64,000 nt of DNA. Source: Planctomycetota bacterium. Its GTDB lineage: Bacteria > Planctomycetota > UBA11346. The notes beneath the pieces were generated by a model. The model made no database searches, had not been told where the DNA came from, and was given only the letters and a program-made list of their open reading frames with translations. Of this stretch, positions 29,921 through 38,301 are shown in pieces. The position numbers and the translations under genes are program-made. The DNA is taken from contig JBBQSO010000002.1 of NCBI GenBank assembly GCA_038213805.1, positions 415 to 64,414 on the forward strand, in the 5' to 3' direction. Position 1 is the stretch's first letter. Each line of letters starts with the position of its first letter.

Positions 29921-31369
29921 ATGGCCCGCAACTGGCTCATCTCGCGCCGCACCGCCCTCAAGGGGCTCGGCGCATCCCTGGCGCTGCCGCTGCTCGACGT
30001 CATGGGCTGGGCCGATCCGCCCCCCGGTGCCGCCGCCAGCAAGCCACCGGTGCGGCTCGGCTTCCTCAACGTGCCGTGCGGGCTGGTGGCGGCGAACTTC
30101 TGGCCCAAGGGCGACAGCCTCTCGGCGGCAGGTGAGTTGCCGTCAACGCTTGAGCCGCTGCGCGGCGTGCTGCAGGACTGCCTGATCCTGGGCGGCCTCG
30201 ACAACAACCCGCCACGCCTGGACAACGTCCATGCGTCGGAGGTCGCGGGCTGGCTGACCTGCGTGCCGCTGCGCGGCAGCAAGAACGACGGCGTGGTCGG
30301 CGCGGCGACCTCGGCCGATCAGCTCGCGGCGCAGGTACTGGGGAAGTCGACCTCGCTGCCATCGCTGGAGATCAGCCTGGGCGAATCGCACAGCGGCTGC
30401 TGCGACGCGGGCTTCGACAAGCTCTACCCCTCGACGCTGTCGTGGAGTTCCGCGACCCAGCCCAACCCGCAGGAGACCAACCCCCGCGCGGTGTTCAACC
30501 GCCTGTTCTCGTCGCGGCAATCGCTGCGCCGGCGCATCAACGTCCCGCAGCCGGCCGCGGCACCGGCGGGCGACGCGGCACCGGCGGCGCCGGTGGGGGC
30601 GGGTTCCCAGGATCCCTCGCTCGACCAGAGCATGCTCGACCTGGTGCGGGAGAACGCCAAGTCCTTCGCACGGCGCATCAGCGCTGACGACCAGCAGAAG
30701 CTCGAGCAGTACCTGGAGGCGATCCGCTCGCTCGAGAAGCGCATCGTCGCCATCGAGCGCCAGCAGGGCGAGGCCGCGCAGGAGGCGCAATCACGGCAGT
30801 CCGGCAAGCGCGGCTACGCCAGTTCGCCGCCGATCACCGTCACCATCGGCAGTCCCGCGCGCTACGACGAACGCGTGCGCCTGATGGGCGACCTGATGAT
30901 CCTCGCCTTCCAGACCGACGTGACGCGCGTCTGCACCTTCGCCTTCTCGATCTCGCAACCGTGGACGCTGAGCTACCCCGAACTCGGCTTCACCGACGAG
31001 CATCACGGTCTGAGCCACTGGAACGACGAGCCCAGCAAGCCCGCCAAGCTCGCCAAGGTCGAGCGCTACGAGACCGAGCAGTTCGCCTACCTCGTCAGCC
31101 GCATGAAAGGCCTGAAGGAGGGCGCCGGCACGCTGCTCGACAGCTGCATCCTGACCTACGGCTCGGGCATGGGCGACGGCCTCAACCACACCCTTACCAA
31201 CCTGCCGACCATCGTCGCCGGACGCGGCGGCGGCGTCCGCCCCGGACGCTACGTCAAGAAGTGCCAGGGCGTGTTCGCTGACCTGCTGATGGGCGTGCTG
31301 GCGCGCGCGGGGTGCCCGCAGAAAGTGGCGCTGGGGAATGCGACGAAGGAGCTGGCGGAATTGGGGTGA
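29921..31369 (+). CDS. DUF1552 domain protein with Tat-type signal
   Basis: N-terminus MARNWLISRRTALKGLGASLALPLL (twin-arginine motif); canonical partner of DUF1592 proteins in Planctomycetes/Verrucomicrobia. Confidence 0.75.
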   Translation: MARNWLISRRTALKGLGASLALPLLDVMGWADPPPGAAASKPPVRLGFLNVPCGLVAANFWPKGDSLSAAGELPSTLEPLRGVLQDCLILGGLDNNPPRLDNVHASEVAGWLTCVPLRGSKNDGVVGAATSADQLAAQVLGKSTSLPSLEISLGESHSGCCDAGFDKLYPSTLSWSSATQPNPQETNPRAVFNRLFSSRQSLRRRINVPQPAAAPAGDAAPAAPVGAGSQDPSLDQSMLDLVRENAKSFARRISADDQQKLEQYLEAIRSLEKRIVAIERQQGEAAQEAQSRQSGKRGYASSPPITVTIGSPARYDERVRLMGDLMILAFQTDVTRVCTFAFSISQPWTLSYPELGFTDEHHGLSHWNDEPSKPAKLAKVERYETEQFAYLVSRMKGLKEGAGTLLDSCILTYGSGMGDGLNHTLTNLPTIVAGRGGGVRPGRYVKKCQGVFADLLMGVLARAGCPQKVALGNATKELAELG

Positions 31370-31406
31370 GCCGCGCGTCGGCGACAGTCAGGCCGCTGCC
31401 GCTTCG

Positions 31407-31754
31407 TCAGGCGCCATCGCCACGCTTGCCCTTGGGCTCATGGTGCGTCAGGGCGGCTGCGCTGCGTGCCGCCCTGGCGATCCCTGAACTGGTCAGCGCA
31501 CCCACGTAGAGGAGCAGCGCGACTACGAAGCAGTCCGCCTCCAGGCGGTTGAGCAGGTAAAAACGCACGCAGCCGACGATGGTCGCAGCCATGAACAGCA
31601 CATAGAACGTCCACGGCAGCGCTTTCCGGATACCGCGCGAGCGCGTCATGCCGACCACCCACAACCAAGTGAGCGGCAGGAGCGCGAGGACAAAGATGAG
31701 CGGGACACCGAGCCCGAGTACGTAGTCCATGACGCGCATCGCACAGGCCTTCAA
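31407..31754 (-). CDS. Small hypothetical integral membrane protein
   Basis: About 110 aa with three predicted hydrophobic helices (VLGLGVPLIFVLALLPLTWLWVV..., YVLFMAATIVGCV..., FVVALLLYVGALT); start position uncertain. Confidence 0.45.
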   Translation of the reverse strand: MKACAMRVMDYVLGLGVPLIFVLALLPLTWLWVVGMTRSRGIRKALPWTFYVLFMAATIVGCVRFYLLNRLEADCFVVALLLYVGALTSSGIARAARSAAALTHHEPKGKRGDGA

Positions 31755-31981
31755 CAGAGGTTTTCCGTTCCAGCATGACGGGGGTCGTAGTGATCGTCTG
31801 CACCTGGAGACGGCGCAAACCGAAAAGCGGGTCGTGTCCTTGGCGCGGTGGCACGAACATGTCCGAGCTCGACTCGAGCGCCGGTCCTGATCCGCCCGCC
31901 GACCGGGGGACGTCGATCCGAGAGTCCCGTGATGCGCGGCTCCCGCCTTCCCCTCGGCACAGCCGCTCCCATCATGGGCCC

Positions 31982-32785
31982 ATGCTCGGCGCGATCCTCG
32001 GTGACATCATCGGTTCGGTCTACGAGGTGTCGCCGGTCAAGACCCGCGACTTCGCTCTGTTCACCGCGAATTCCGGATTCACCGATGACACCGTGCTGAC
32101 CGTCGCGGTCGCCGACGCACTGATGAACGGCAGTGATCTGGTCGAAACCTTTCACGCCTACTTCGAGCGCTATCCGCGCGTCGGATGGGGACGGATCTTC
32201 GCGGCATGGGCAAAGGTGAAGGACCCTGATCCCTACAACTCCTGGGGCAACGGCGCCGCCATGCGCGTCAGCCCGGTGGCGTGGTTCTGCCAGTCGCTGG
32301 ACGAGGTCCTGGCGGTCGCGCAGCGCACCGCGGCAGTGACCCACAGCCACCCCGACGGCATCAGGTCGGCGCAGGCCGTGGCCGGTGCCCTGTTCCTCGC
32401 CCGGACGGGTCGCAGCAAAGCGGAGATCCGTGCCTTCGCGGCGCGCACCGGCGGCTACGACCTCGACCGCACCCTGGCGGGCATCCGGCCGACCTACAGC
32501 TTCCAGGTCGACGCGATCTCCTCCGTCCCCGAAGCGCTCATCGCCTTCCTCGAGGCGGATGGGGTCGAGGACGCGATCCGCAATGCGGTCAGCCTGGGCG
32601 GCGACGCCGACACCCAGGGCTGCATCGCCGGCGCCCTCGCAGAAGGCTTCCATGGCCCGGTGCCACAGGACCTCGCCCGCGAGGCGCTGTCCCGGCTGGA
32701 CGACTTCCTGCGCGCACGGGTGATCGCGTTCTGCGCTCAGCATGTGCTACCGCGACAGCGGGGGGCGCCGCATGTCCCGGCCTGA
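31982..32785 (+). CDS. ADP-ribosylglycohydrolase family protein (ARH/DraG-like)
   Basis: N-terminus MLGAILGDIIGSVYE is the family hallmark; further motifs GDADTQGCIAGALAEGFHG. Start chosen at ATG 31982; the track ORF extends upstream. Confidence 0.8.
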   Translation: MLGAILGDIIGSVYEVSPVKTRDFALFTANSGFTDDTVLTVAVADALMNGSDLVETFHAYFERYPRVGWGRIFAAWAKVKDPDPYNSWGNGAAMRVSPVAWFCQSLDEVLAVAQRTAAVTHSHPDGIRSAQAVAGALFLARTGRSKAEIRAFAARTGGYDLDRTLAGIRPTYSFQVDAISSVPEALIAFLEADGVEDAIRNAVSLGGDADTQGCIAGALAEGFHGPVPQDLAREALSRLDDFLRARVIAFCAQHVLPRQRGAPHVPA

Positions 32786-32831
32786 CCTCGCGACGCGTCG
32801 CCTCGAGGAACCCAGACGGAGGACCGCATCC

Positions 32832-33272
32832 ATGATCGTCATCGTCATCGGCGCCGTGCTGCTGGTCATCGCCATCGCCCTGGGCGCGAGTTCGGCGCGC
32901 ACCTTGTCACGCAGCGTCATCACCGTGGGCCACGTCACCAACCTGGTCTCCTCGCGGGGCAGCAAGGGCGGGACCGTCTACAAGATCAATGCAACGTTCA
33001 CCGACCAGCAGCAGCAGTCGCACACCTACCTCTCGTCCTTCTCGTCCTCATCGCCCGGCTACCGCGTCGGCGATCTGATCCGCATCTATTACGCCCCCGG
33101 CAATCCCGGTTCCTGCGGCATCGCCAGCTTTGGCTATTCGTTCGGTTTCGCGACCATTCTGGGCGCGACCGGACTGGCGGTTCTGCTGATGGGCGGCGCT
33201 TATCGGGTCGGTGACGACGTCATGGAGCGGTATTTCCCGGTGACCGCGGCGACGGCGGAACAATCCCGCTGA
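32832..33272 (+). CDS. DUF3592-like membrane protein
   Basis: TM helix, then a beta-rich segment (GHVTNLVSSRGSKGGTVYKINATFTD...YRVGDLIRIYYAPGNP), then a TM helix. GGAGG lies 10 nt upstream of the ATG at 32832. Confidence 0.55.
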   Translation: MIVIVIGAVLLVIAIALGASSARTLSRSVITVGHVTNLVSSRGSKGGTVYKINATFTDQQQQSHTYLSSFSSSSPGYRVGDLIRIYYAPGNPGSCGIASFGYSFGFATILGATGLAVLLMGGAYRVGDDVMERYFPVTAATAEQSR

Positions 33273-33290
33273 CACGGGTCGCCGACTGGC

Positions 33291-33860
33291 TCAGGCCGCG
33301 TGCAGGATGCCCTCGCGGATGATCCGCTCCACCGCCTGCACATCGTCCAGGCCGATGAAGCCGATGCGGCGCATGGCGCCGCGACCCTGGTAGCGCTCCT
33401 CGAAGACCAGGTCGCCGGCGCCGCTTGCGCCGACGGTCTTGCGCATGCGCTGCAGCGTCGCGGCAGGATAGGACGAGATCTCGGCGCGCAGCACCCGCCA
33501 CGCGATGCAGATCGCGCGCTGGTCGGTGACGACGTAGGCTGAACGCAACGCCGCGCGGCGGATCCACAACGGCGACGTGAACATGCCGATGCCGATCAGC
33601 ACAAAGGGCAGGCCGAAGAGCGGGAAGAGGCTGAAAGGCCAGGGCGCGCCATGCTGGGTGGCGCCGGCGGCGGTGTACATCCAGAAGATCGCGAAGGCGG
33701 TCCACGGGATCGCGAAGAGCACCGGCACCACCCCCAGCATCATGGCGCGCCGCACGCTGGGACGACCGACCCACAGGATGCGCTCGCCGGGACGGACCTC
33801 GCGCTCGACGAGATCACGGGTCGCATGCGGCAGATCGGGGAGGTCCATGCGCCTCGTCAT
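33291..33860 (-). CDS. Bacterial PH-domain (bPH_2/DUF304-like) membrane protein
   Basis: Two N-terminal TM helices followed by the YVVTDQRAI... pattern typical of bacterial PH domains; ATG rc at 33858-33860. Confidence 0.5.
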   Translation of the reverse strand: MTRRMDLPDLPHATRDLVEREVRPGERILWVGRPSVRRAMMLGVVPVLFAIPWTAFAIFWMYTAAGATQHGAPWPFSLFPLFGLPFVLIGIGMFTSPLWIRRAALRSAYVVTDQRAICIAWRVLRAEISSYPAATLQRMRKTVGASGAGDLVFEERYQGRGAMRRIGFIGLDDVQAVERIIREGILHAA

Positions 33861-34186
33861 ACGGAGGAATGCAGCGGGGTGAAGGAGGACCGCTGCGGTG
33901 GTAGGATTGTTGGTACATGGCTCCGCACAGCGCTGCATCTTCCGATCTTCACAGCCTGAGCGCGCTATGCACGCATGCGGCCCAGTGGGCCGCGGTCCCA
34001 ATCCTCACACCTCGTTCCACCACAGTCATCCGCTCGCCACCCGAAGCTCCAGCCGATGGTCGCGTCTCGCGCCTCATATACTCTTCCCTCCCTACCCCTC
34101 AATCCGTCTCACCGCCGCCGGATGGAGCGACCCCGCCAGCCCACCGGCAATGGACGCAGCGCCCATTGCCGGGCTAGAGTGATGCC

Positions 34187-36076
34187 ATGACCGCGACCCC
34201 GGGAACCACGCGCCTCATCTCCGCCGGCAGCGGCCCCGTCCGCCTCGCGCTGCGCCTGAGCAGCGATGCGGATGCCGCCGCCCGCCACGTCGCCCAGCAG
34301 ATCGCTGACACCATCCGCGCCTGCGCGCAGCGCCAGCGGCGCTGCGTGCTTGGTCTGCCGACCGGGCGCACGCCGCTGCCGTTCTACCGCCATCTGGTCG
34401 ATTGGCACCGCGCGGGGCAGCTGTCGTTCGCGCACGTGACGGTGTTCAATCTCGACGAATACCATCCGCTGCCGCGCTCCTCGCCGCAGAGCTACTGGAC
34501 CTTCATGCATGAGGCGCTGTTCGCGCACGTCGACATCGCCGCCGACCAGGTCAACCTGCCGCGCGGCGACCTGCCCGAGGCGGAGATGGCCGAGCACGCC
34601 GCGGCCTACGAGCGCGCCATCGCCGCGGCGGGCGGCCTCGACCTGGTGGTGCTGGGCATCGGCGGCAACGGTCACATCGCCTTCAACGAACCGGGCGCGC
34701 CGGCCAGCGGCCGTACCCGCCTGGTGCGTCTGGCACCGGGCACGCGCCGCGCCGCGGCCGCAGACTTCGGAGGCGAGGAGCTGGTCCCCGCCAACGGCGT
34801 CACCATGGGCATCGCCACCATCCTCGCCGCGCAGCGCGTGCTGCTGCTCGCCACCGGCTCGGCCAAGGCCGTCGCCGTCGCTGCCGCGGTCGAAGGGCCG
34901 GTCGACACCATCTGCCCGGCGAGTTTCCTGCAGACCCATCGCGACGCCGAGGTGGTGTGCGATCCCGCTGCCGCTGCGCGCCTGGTCGCGCTGCGCAAAC
35001 CGTGGCTGGCGGGACCGGTGGCCTGGGACGGCCAGCGCGCCCTGGCCGCCGCCATCGACGCGGCCGAGGCGGCGCGCAAACCGCTGCTTGGTCTGAGCGC
35101 GGAAGACTACCAGGCGCGCGCGCTCGGCGAACTGCTGGACGGCCATGGCCCGGCCGACCGCCTCAACCTCGAGGCCTTCCGCACCCTGCAGGGGCGCGTC
35201 ACCGGCTGGCCGGGCGGCAAGCCCGCTGAGCGCCGCCGTCCCGGCGACATCCCGCAGCCCGACGATGGCATCCATCCCAAGACCGTGTTGGTGTTCAGCC
35301 CGCACCCGGACGACGACGTCATCGGCATGGGCGGCACCATCGCGCGCCTGGTCGAGCATGGCCATCATGTGCACATCGCCTACCAGACCCCCGGCCACCG
35401 CGCGGTGCACGATGCCGACCTGCGCCGCCACCTGGCCTTCGTGGCGGGCGCCGCGCGCATCCTCGGCACGGCGCCGGGCGAGCCGACGGCCGAGCACACC
35501 GCCTGCCTGAAAGCGCTGGTGCGCCGCACCGAGGCGCAGGCCGGCGCGGCGGTGGTTGGCGTGCCGGCCGAGCGCCTGCACTTCCTCGACAGTCCGCTCT
35601 ACGCGCGCCGCAGCATCGGCGACGACGACCTCGCGGTGCATCAGCAGCTGCTCGACCGGCTGCGCCCGCACCAGATTTATGCGGCCGGCGACCTCGCCGA
35701 CCCCAACGGTACGCACCGCCGCTGCCTGATCGCGCTGCGCGCCGCCTTGCGCGCGTGCGCCGGCGCGCCGTGGTGGGCGACCAGCAGCTGCTGGCTGTAC
35801 CGCAGCGTCTGGGACGAATACGAACTCGACCAGGTCGACCGTCTGGTGCCGCTGTCGCCCGGCGACGTGCTGCGCAAGCGCCGCGCCGTGCTCGCCCACC
35901 AGTCGCAGCGCGACGGCGCACTGTTCCCCGGCGAGGACGCGCGCGAGTTCTGGCAGCGCGCCGAGGAGCGCAACGCCGGCCTGGCTGCCCGCCTCGACCG
36001 CCTCGGCCTGGCCCAGTACGCCGCGCTCGAGGCCTTCGTGCGCTGGCAGCCGCTGGAGGACGCGTGGCTGGCGTGA
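34187..36076 (+). CDS. nagB: Fusion protein: glucosamine-6-phosphate deaminase/isomerase (NagB) + PIG-L/LmbE-family N-acetylglucosaminyl deacetylase
   Basis: N-terminal NagB motifs (LGLPTGRTPLPFYRHLV, NLDEYHPL, LGIGGNGHIAFNEPG); C-terminal LmbE motif (VLVFSPHPDDDVIGMGGTIARLVEHGHHVHIAY). Confidence 0.8.
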   Translation: MTATPGTTRLISAGSGPVRLALRLSSDADAAARHVAQQIADTIRACAQRQRRCVLGLPTGRTPLPFYRHLVDWHRAGQLSFAHVTVFNLDEYHPLPRSSPQSYWTFMHEALFAHVDIAADQVNLPRGDLPEAEMAEHAAAYERAIAAAGGLDLVVLGIGGNGHIAFNEPGAPASGRTRLVRLAPGTRRAAAADFGGEELVPANGVTMGIATILAAQRVLLLATGSAKAVAVAAAVEGPVDTICPASFLQTHRDAEVVCDPAAAARLVALRKPWLAGPVAWDGQRALAAAIDAAEAARKPLLGLSAEDYQARALGELLDGHGPADRLNLEAFRTLQGRVTGWPGGKPAERRRPGDIPQPDDGIHPKTVLVFSPHPDDDVIGMGGTIARLVEHGHHVHIAYQTPGHRAVHDADLRRHLAFVAGAARILGTAPGEPTAEHTACLKALVRRTEAQAGAAVVGVPAERLHFLDSPLYARRSIGDDDLAVHQQLLDRLRPHQIYAAGDLADPNGTHRRCLIALRAALRACAGAPWWATSSCWLYRSVWDEYELDQVDRLVPLSPGDVLRKRRAVLAHQSQRDGALFPGEDAREFWQRAEERNAGLAARLDRLGLAQYAALEAFVRWQPLEDAWLA

Positions 36077-36083
36077 GCGCGTC

Positions 36084-36884
36084 GTGAGCAGCACGGTGGC
36101 GGTGATCCTGGCGCGCGGCTTGGGCACGCGCATGCGCGCGCCCGGCGCCGCGCTCGATGCGCGCGCGGCCGCAATCGCCGACACCGGCGTCAAGGCGTTG
36201 ATCCCGATCGGCCGGCCATTCCTCGACCACGTGCTGCACGACCTCGCCGAGGCCGGCGTGCGCGAGGCCGTGCTGGTGATCGGACCAGAGCACCACGATC
36301 TGCGCGCCTACTACAGTGCGCTGCCAACCACGCGCCTGCGCGTGACCTTCGCCGTCCAGCAGCAGCCGCGCGGGACGGCCGACGCGGTGCTGGCCGCAGA
36401 GGACGCGGTCGCCGGCCGCCCGTTCCTGGTGCTCAACAGCGACAACCTCTATCCGGCCGCGGCGCTGCGCCCACTCGCCGCGCTTGACGGCCCCGGCCTG
36501 GTCGGCTTCCGGCGCTCCGGCCTGCTCGCCGGCAACATCCCGGCCGAGCGCATCGCGCGCTTCGCCGCGCTCAACACCGCCGCGGACGGCACGCTCGCGC
36601 GCCTCGTCGAGAAGCCCGACCCCGCCGAACTCGCCGCCCTTGGCGCCGATCCGCTGCTGAGCATGAACTGCTGGGCCTTCGACGCGCGCATCTTCACCGC
36701 CTGCGCCGCCACCCCGCCCAGTCCGCGCGGTGAGCTCGAACTGCCCGACGCGGTGCTGCGCTCCATGGCTTCCGGCGTCAGCTACCGCGTCATCGAACGC
36801 GGCGAGGCGGTGCTCGACCTGTCGAGCCGCGACGACATCGCCGCGGTGCGCGCGGCCCTTGCGGGGCACGACGTCCGGCTGTGA
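36084..36884 (+). CDS. Sugar-1-phosphate nucleotidyltransferase (NTP_transferase family)
   Basis: N-terminal G-x-G-T-R motif (VILARGLGTRM) and fold-typical spacing; specificity unknown. Confidence 0.7.
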   Translation: MSSTVAVILARGLGTRMRAPGAALDARAAAIADTGVKALIPIGRPFLDHVLHDLAEAGVREAVLVIGPEHHDLRAYYSALPTTRLRVTFAVQQQPRGTADAVLAAEDAVAGRPFLVLNSDNLYPAAALRPLAALDGPGLVGFRRSGLLAGNIPAERIARFAALNTAADGTLARLVEKPDPAELAALGADPLLSMNCWAFDARIFTACAATPPSPRGELELPDAVLRSMASGVSYRVIERGEAVLDLSSRDDIAAVRAALAGHDVRL

Positions 36885-36989
36885 AGCGCCAACGGCGCGC
36901 CTGATCCCAACCCAGGGCAATTCCCTACTCGTTACCCACAAGTCGTAGCACTCGGGCACTGCCTCTCTTGTCAGCCCAGTCCTGTCCGC

Positions 36990-37037
36990 AGCCCGCGGAG
37001 TGGGCGACACATCGTAGCCCAGGGCGTGAGCCCTGGG
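36990..37037 (+). repeat. REP-like double-hairpin repeat unit, copy A (plus a partial unit at 37063-37083)
   Basis: agcccgcggagtgggcgacacatcgtagcccagggcgtgagccctggg contains two palindromes (gcccgc..gcgggc and cccagggc-gtga-gccctggg). Related copies occur at 37240-37287 and 63776-63823 in inverted orientation. Confidence 0.7.
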
Positions 37038-37239
37038 AACCTCGGTTAGAGAGGAGGATCGGAGCCCGCGGAGCGGGCAGCACAGGTCCTGCCACATCGA
37101 AATGCGGTGAATGCCGGGCGAGTCGTGATGATCCACGGACATCCCCAGATCGGATCCCAATGGTCGTGCATTACCGCTGAGTCTGCTGTGTCGCCCACTC
37201 CGTGGGCTGGCCCGCAGATACTCCGCGCGACCCAGAGCT

Positions 37240-37287
37240 GGGGCCCTGGGCTACGATGTGTCGCCCGCTCCGCGGGCTCTGAATGCC
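37240..37287 (-). repeat. REP-like double-hairpin repeat unit, copy B (inverted relative to copy A; partial extra half-unit at 37197-37217)
   Basis: Its reverse complement, agcccgcggagcgggcgacacatcgtagcccagggccccagctctggg, is near-identical to copy A. Confidence 0.7.
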
Positions 37288-37374
37288 TGCGATCCGACTG
37301 ATTTGCGAGCAATGAGTAGGGCGTTGCCCTGGGCTAGGATGGGTCGCGCCGTTGGTGCCCGTGATCGTGGAAGC

Positions 37375-38163
37375 TCACTCCCCGGTCGCGCTGCGCGCCT
37401 TGCTCGGCGGCGCCCCGTGAGCGCGCTTCCACGCCCGCGCGAAGGTGTCGGCGCTGGGGAAACCGCAGCGCTCCGCGACGGTGGCGACGCTCAGCCCGTT
37501 CTTGAGCAGGCCCTCGGCCAGCCACAGGCGCGCGGTGGCGATGGCGCCCTTGGGCGGCACGCCGTAGCCCTCAGCGAAGATGCGGTAGGCCTGCGCACGC
37601 GACAGGCCGCTGGCGCGCACCAGGTCCTCGACCGCGACGCCGCGGTGCAGGTTGGACCACAGCCGCGCGATCATGCGCTGCAGCGCGGGATTGGCGAAGG
37701 GCAGGTCGTCGACGGACTCGCCGAGCACCTGGCGCACCAGTTCGATGAAGCCGCTGCGCCGGCTGGCGTCGTCGGGTGCGGCGAGCGCGGATTCCATCAG
37801 GCGGCGGCTGGGTTGGCTGGGCAGGCGGCCGCGCCACTCGCGGTCCTGGTCGCCGATCAGGACGTCGCTGCAGGTCGGCAGGAAGCCCTGGCCGAACCAG
37901 ATGCTGCCACGGCGCAGGGACTCGTGGCGATGCCAGATGCCCGGGCCGATGAGCAGCCCCTGACCGGGCTGAAGATCCATGGTGCGCCCGGGCGAGACGA
38001 TGCGCACCACCCCTTCGAGGCACACCACCGAGGTCGGCGTGGCGTGCAGGTGCCCGTCGCCGGTCAGCGGCGGCGGCGGGCCGTCCTGCCACACCTCGAC
38101 CCGCGACAACTTCCCGGGAAGGTCGTCGATGAGCCTCCACCAGTGCCTGAAGGTCGGGTCCAT
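37375..38163 (-). CDS. AraC-family transcriptional regulator (cupin sensor + HTH)
   Basis: N-terminal cupin-like region and C-terminal AraC HTH (GLSRAQAYRIFAEGYGVPPKGAIATARLWLAEGLL...VATVAERCGFPSADTFARAWKRAHG). First ATG is at 38163 (rc); the track ORF uses an upstream TTG. Confidence 0.85.
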   Translation of the reverse strand: MDPTFRHWWRLIDDLPGKLSRVEVWQDGPPPPLTGDGHLHATPTSVVCLEGVVRIVSPGRTMDLQPGQGLLIGPGIWHRHESLRRGSIWFGQGFLPTCSDVLIGDQDREWRGRLPSQPSRRLMESALAAPDDASRRSGFIELVRQVLGESVDDLPFANPALQRMIARLWSNLHRGVAVEDLVRASGLSRAQAYRIFAEGYGVPPKGAIATARLWLAEGLLKNGLSVATVAERCGFPSADTFARAWKRAHGAPPSKARSATGE

Positions 38164-38301
38164 GGTAACCTGCAATATGTCTCATACATGCCGGACTTAC
38201 AACCGTTGATATCCAGCCTCGGCCGGGAAGACGCTGTGCGAGCGCCGTAGAACCTCCCGCATGCGACTCCCGACCACGCCTCCATCCCGCTCCCGCCAGC
38301 C

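Noticed and set aside
34109-37160. Long minus-strand ORFs (34109-36193, 35319-37160) and overlapping plus-frame ORFs across the NagB-LmbE and nucleotidyltransferase genes
   Set aside because: Alternate or antisense frames of genes with clear NagB/LmbE/NTP-transferase motifs; their translations are RG-rich and domain-free.
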